This document shows, piece after piece, positions 59,625 through 64,000 of a DNA stretch of 64,000 nt; positions within the stretch are counted from its first letter, which is position 1; each line of letters starts with the position of its first letter. The notes beneath the pieces are model-generated. The model searched no databases. It was given only the letters and a program-made list of their open reading frames with translations, and was not told the DNA's origin. The translations under genes were made by a program, and so were the position numbers. The stretch is from Podarcis melisellensis (Eukaryota): the NCBI GenBank assembly GCA_964234715.1, contig OZ174280.1; one strand, 5' to 3'.

Positions 59625-62600
59625 AAAAGTGGCCCACTTAACAGAGATAGGAAGCTAAAACTCTAGAACCAGCCTCTGCAACAAACTCTGATGCAAACTC
59701 TGAGCGACATATCTATCTGAGTAAGAGCACCATTATGGACCCAAACAACACCAATCATACCATCGAGGGTTCATTTGCCTGCACATCTTCCATTCAAACT
59801 GAACTGCCTCTACACAATGGGCACAAAACAGATGTTAAAATGATAAAATCTTTTCAATCCCCCTAGTCATTCCATAAGAAACAGATTTGCAAGCCACCAT
59901 ACTTCACCATGATGAATGAGATTTCAGTGGGAAACTACCAAGTTGGGATTCATATGCAGATTTGACACTATCGGATCTGGACTGAATAGAAACTGGGAGT
60001 GGCTAGCTCATGATGTGTTTATTCATCTTGCTTTAGCTTTCCCTTATCACTTGGGGGTGGGTCACTCCCACTCTTACTGAACCTTTTCTCTTTTTCAGTT
60101 GATTGCATTTAACTCTGCATCAGAATGGGGCACACCTATCTCTTGTATTGTGGGCCTGGTCTCAGGGATTTATTTCCTAAAACTCTTCACCCTTCTCTTC
60201 TTCTGACTCTGCTCATGTAACCACCACTCATGTATGTATTGTACTGTAAAAGTGACCTGTGAAAGCTAAAGCTACAAAACCAAGGCTACATACACACAAA
60301 AATCTGCTGCAAGTGTCACTCTACATTCTCCATAGGACAAACCTCCCAGTCACTATGGAGGACAATAAACATCTACAAATCTGCCATTAGAAATGACATG
60401 TAGGAAAACATCTCAAGCACTCAGTACCCTGTCCTTCTGATCTGAAGGTGACAACACCTGAGCAAAGGAATGTCAAAGGGAGGCTCCAATGCGAAACTGC
60501 AAGACAGCTCATCAAGATCTTTTAATTCTATTTAATTAGGCCTGAAGAGCAACAATGAGTTTGGATCACACACTATAGATACTAATTAGCACAGCCTTTT
60601 TAAGTTGATTACTCCATCATCTGTCACTTGTTGTCAAAGGTTACTGTGTTTATTTTGTATACATTCCAAGCTTAATTCAATTTTCACTGGATACTTCCTA
60701 CCTTTTATTTTGTTCTTATTTCACTGCTTACTGTCACACACACCCATACCTGTAAACGGAGTACTTCGTGTATCTGATAAAACTGGAAGCTATTACAGAG
60801 TTTAATTTCTGCTAGCTCTCTTTATATTTTTTTTGTAAACCGCTTTTGGGGCTCGCCTGAAAAGCAGCATATAAATATCTCAAATAAATAATAAAGAAAC
60901 AAACCGTGCACTCCTATGCATGCCTTATTCCCAGGCAAGTGAGTATAGGATTGCTGTCAAAGCCTGCAAGTCTAGATGCTTTACTTTGATGCAATTCTTA
61001 TAATTAGCACACAGTTAATAGGATCTGATTGGGTGATACTGAGCTCTGACTGGGCTGATCCAATATTGCACAAGCAGATGTCCACTCATGTCTTGGGACT
61101 TCCCCTTCTTCTCTTGCCACCCCTTGCTCCCCTCAAAACTGCTCTGGACCCCTTGGAGTAGATTCAGAGGACATGCAAGGGGAGGGGAGTGAAAGGGGAA
61201 GTCCCATTGCATGAGTGGACATCTGCTTGTGCAATATTGGACTGCTTGTGCAATCTGTTCTTCTTCTGCATGGACATGACTGGATACAACCCCAAACCTA
61301 TAGTCATTTGGTTAGGGCTGGGGTTGATGGGAGTTGGCACTGAGTTGCCACAGGAGAAATACGTAGATGGAGGGGTGTGTGTGTGTGTGTGTGTGTGTAC
61401 AAACACACGTATATGATACAGATGGGTACGTATGGGTGTAAACACACAGATCCCATTCATTATCATCATATGGGTTTCATGTACAAATCGCACAAGTATG
61501 TGTGCCTCTTCCACACCCAGCCAGACCTCTCTTTCCTCACCAGGCTGCAGGAGGTTTTGCTTGTAAACAGCAGTCACTTAGTAACACTCTTAATCGGTTG
61601 CCGCTGGACGATTATTCATCCCAGGCTAACCTTAAACCCTGCCCCTTCTCCGCAAGGCACCCTTAGAACAGAGGAAATTCCACAGCTCTGAGGTGATGTG
61701 AAACAAAACATGAGCTGCCATCCCAAGTCCCAGCCAAACTCTCTCTCTCCTCCCTGCCCCCCCTCTCTCTGACACTTTCCAATAAAGCAGGGCTCTCCCT
61801 CTGCATATTCCCCCCTTCCCCCCTTCTTCATCCTTTTCTGGTTTAGGCATTGTAACCCGATAGGCTGGAAATGCAGTTTCTTTCATCTTCCATTTCCCAC
61901 ATCCTGAGAGTCTGGAGAGAAGGAGCCCACCCAGAGAAAGGAATTCCAGGCATGTGGCTTCCTTTCCATCCCCCAACCCCCCATGTGGCTCCATTCACAA
62001 AGCAGATTAGCAATGGCAAGAAGGCCTCCATTGAGCCTCTCCCCACAACTCTTCCCTTCCTCCTCCTCCTCCCCCTCCCACTCCCCCAAAAAAGAGGAGA
62101 GGGGAAAAGCACTCTATAGGAAATATCCCAGGTACAAACTATGCCTTTTCTGTGGCACCAGGGCAAAACTTCTCTGTGGTCCTTCTTCCATCCCCCGAAC
62201 AGAAAACTTGGCTCTTAAACTGGGCTTCCCTCTTTTATCACAAGGAATGGAATTCAGAATTCTTCCTTGGTCTGAAAGAAGCCTGAAAGGCAAATAACAA
62301 GCATTCTTACACACCCAACAAATAATATAGTGGTGGCATCATGATCTATGGGAGATCTCAAGGCATGCAAAAGGGTGGACAACTACAAAGAAGTGCAAGT
62401 CCAGAAAGTTCAAACCACAGCAGCAGTACCAGCAGATAATCACTCTCATGAAAATTACATTGGTTTTTAAGAGCTCAAGCTTAATGCTTGCGCCACCCCC
62501 CACCACAAAAGAAAAAAAGTGCTGTGCATCCATAACTCATGCTGGCCATAGGGAGTTGCGTGTTACCAGCACCAAAAGTGAAAATATGTGGTGGAGAATC

Positions 62601-64000
62601 TGTGAGTGATTAAGTACGAAGTCTTTAGCATATCATCTCCTTGATCTCAACGTCCAAACAAACATGTCAGATTGGGAGATGGATATTCATCTTTTCATGT
62701 TCCACAGACAGAAGCTGAGGAGTAATTACATTTAATGGCTTCAAAAAGTTTTACTGGTGGTGTTGGGTTCCTGGTCACTTGCTTTTCTTCCCCTGGGCAA
62801 CCCACATCTCCTTTAGGTCAGTTGCGGATTGGAAGACTGAATTAAAAGTTTAATATAGGGATGAGGAACATGGAAACACTCCAGGTGTGGAGTTACCAAC
62901 TCGCATCAGCCCCGGCCAACATAAGCCGGGGTCAGGGATGAAGAGAGATGAAGTCCAGCAACAACGAGAAGGCAATAGGTCCCTTATGCCTGCTCAAGTC
63001 TGACAATTGCCCATTCATGAACAGAGCTAATTGAAGCAGGAAAGGAACTAGGATGTGGGGGAACTTGGTGTTCTTCCATGCTCTCCTGCAGATGTATTGT
63101 GCCACCTTTAGCCAGCTGCTGCTCAAGAACAGCTCACACATTACTCTTGCATTCACTCCCAGGCAAGTGCATGGTGTTCACTCTGTTCTGACACTGCTCC
63201 AGAACGCCCTGAACACAATCTGTTGACATGAAGGCCGGTTGCTCTAAGTCTAAGGCAGCGATGGCCAGAGTCTGTGGTTTTGAGAGGCTAGTCTACCCAC
63301 CAGAGCATGGTATATTTTGCTGTACCATCTAGTTCTTCTCTGGATGATCAAACTGTATAATAACATTATGTTAACCAAATGTTACATATAAGCCAGCAAC
63401 ACGCAGTGGAAAGAGCTGGGATATGAATGGGGACCTCTAGGGTCAAACTCCCATTTAGCCATGAGGTTCTCTCCATGACCTTGAGCTGGTTGCTCTCTCT
63501 CAGCATAGCAGAGTTGTTTTGAAAGCAAAATAGGAAGGGAGGGAGCCAGACATGCTGTCCTGACTTCTTTGGAGAAGTGGAATAGATAACGAAAATCAAA
63601 CACAAATTTGAAAAACAACTTCCTTTTTTCTGACAGGTTTAAATGGTGGGCAAAACTTTTACCTAGCTTTTGGGTCTACTCAGAGTAACCATTTAATGAA
63701 CCTAAGTTAACCGTGTCCATTAATTTCAGTGGATCTATTCTGAATTTAACTATTGTTGGATACAGTTTGGGAAGTCCGCAGAGGTCTGGATGGCCTTTAT
63801 GTAGCCACCACTGTTCTAGGGCAATAGCAATAATTTGCTTGCCTCTATCTGGCAAAATGACAACCTCCGAGTTAGTACCATTCTAATACCTGAATATATG
63901 GTCTCAGAACAGAGTACAGTGCAGCAATCACCCCACATAAAGGTGCTGTTAAAGCGGCTTCAGACTTTACCTTTGATATTTAGAAACCAGCTACCCAGTT

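Larger units (their letters stand above)
53995..60015 (+). mobile_element. Decayed Neptune-type Penelope-like element split by the Copia insertion (pieces ~53995-54059 and ~59630-60015)
   Basis: Left flank GTCCTTGCTAACAGACA...CTGAAGCAA resembles VLAYRQPPNLKQ. Right flank holds frameshifted relics resembling CNKxxCxLC, GPNN.NHTIEGSFACTS, NGHKTDVK and GLNRNWEWLAH, the linker and GIY-YIG C-terminus of reptile Neptune PLEs. Recalled similarity, not aligned. Confidence 0.7.

Overview
Vertebrate non-coding DNA, almost certainly from a squamate. The Sauria/Squam1 SINE subfamily and the repeat spectrum point to a lacertid lizard (inference from recalled repeat consensus, not a database search). No host protein-coding gene can be established; the window reads as a large intron or gene desert, with several enhancer-like stretches and one weak candidate minus-strand first exon (42442-42582). 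The main feature is a complete, apparently very young Ty1/Copia LTR retrotransposon (54065-59624). It has two 618-bp LTRs with no differences I could see, a 5-bp TSD (AAAAG), one intact 1333-aa gag-PR-IN-RT-RH ORF and a PPT. Its primer-binding site is complementary to the anticodon arm of initiator tRNA-Met (half-tRNA, Hemivirus-type priming). It appears to be nested in a decayed Neptune-type Penelope-like element. A second highlight is a 277-bp inverted repeat (39942-40545) inside a (TA)n tract, with Penelope-like architecture and a minimal hammerhead-ribozyme motif in each arm. The rest is a dense mosaic of Sauria SINEs, tRNA/CR1- and MIR-like SINEs, RTE/BovB, L2, CR1 and L1-type fragments, Tigger- and hAT-type MITEs (one with TTAGGG-containing tandem repeats), solo LTRs and microsatellites.
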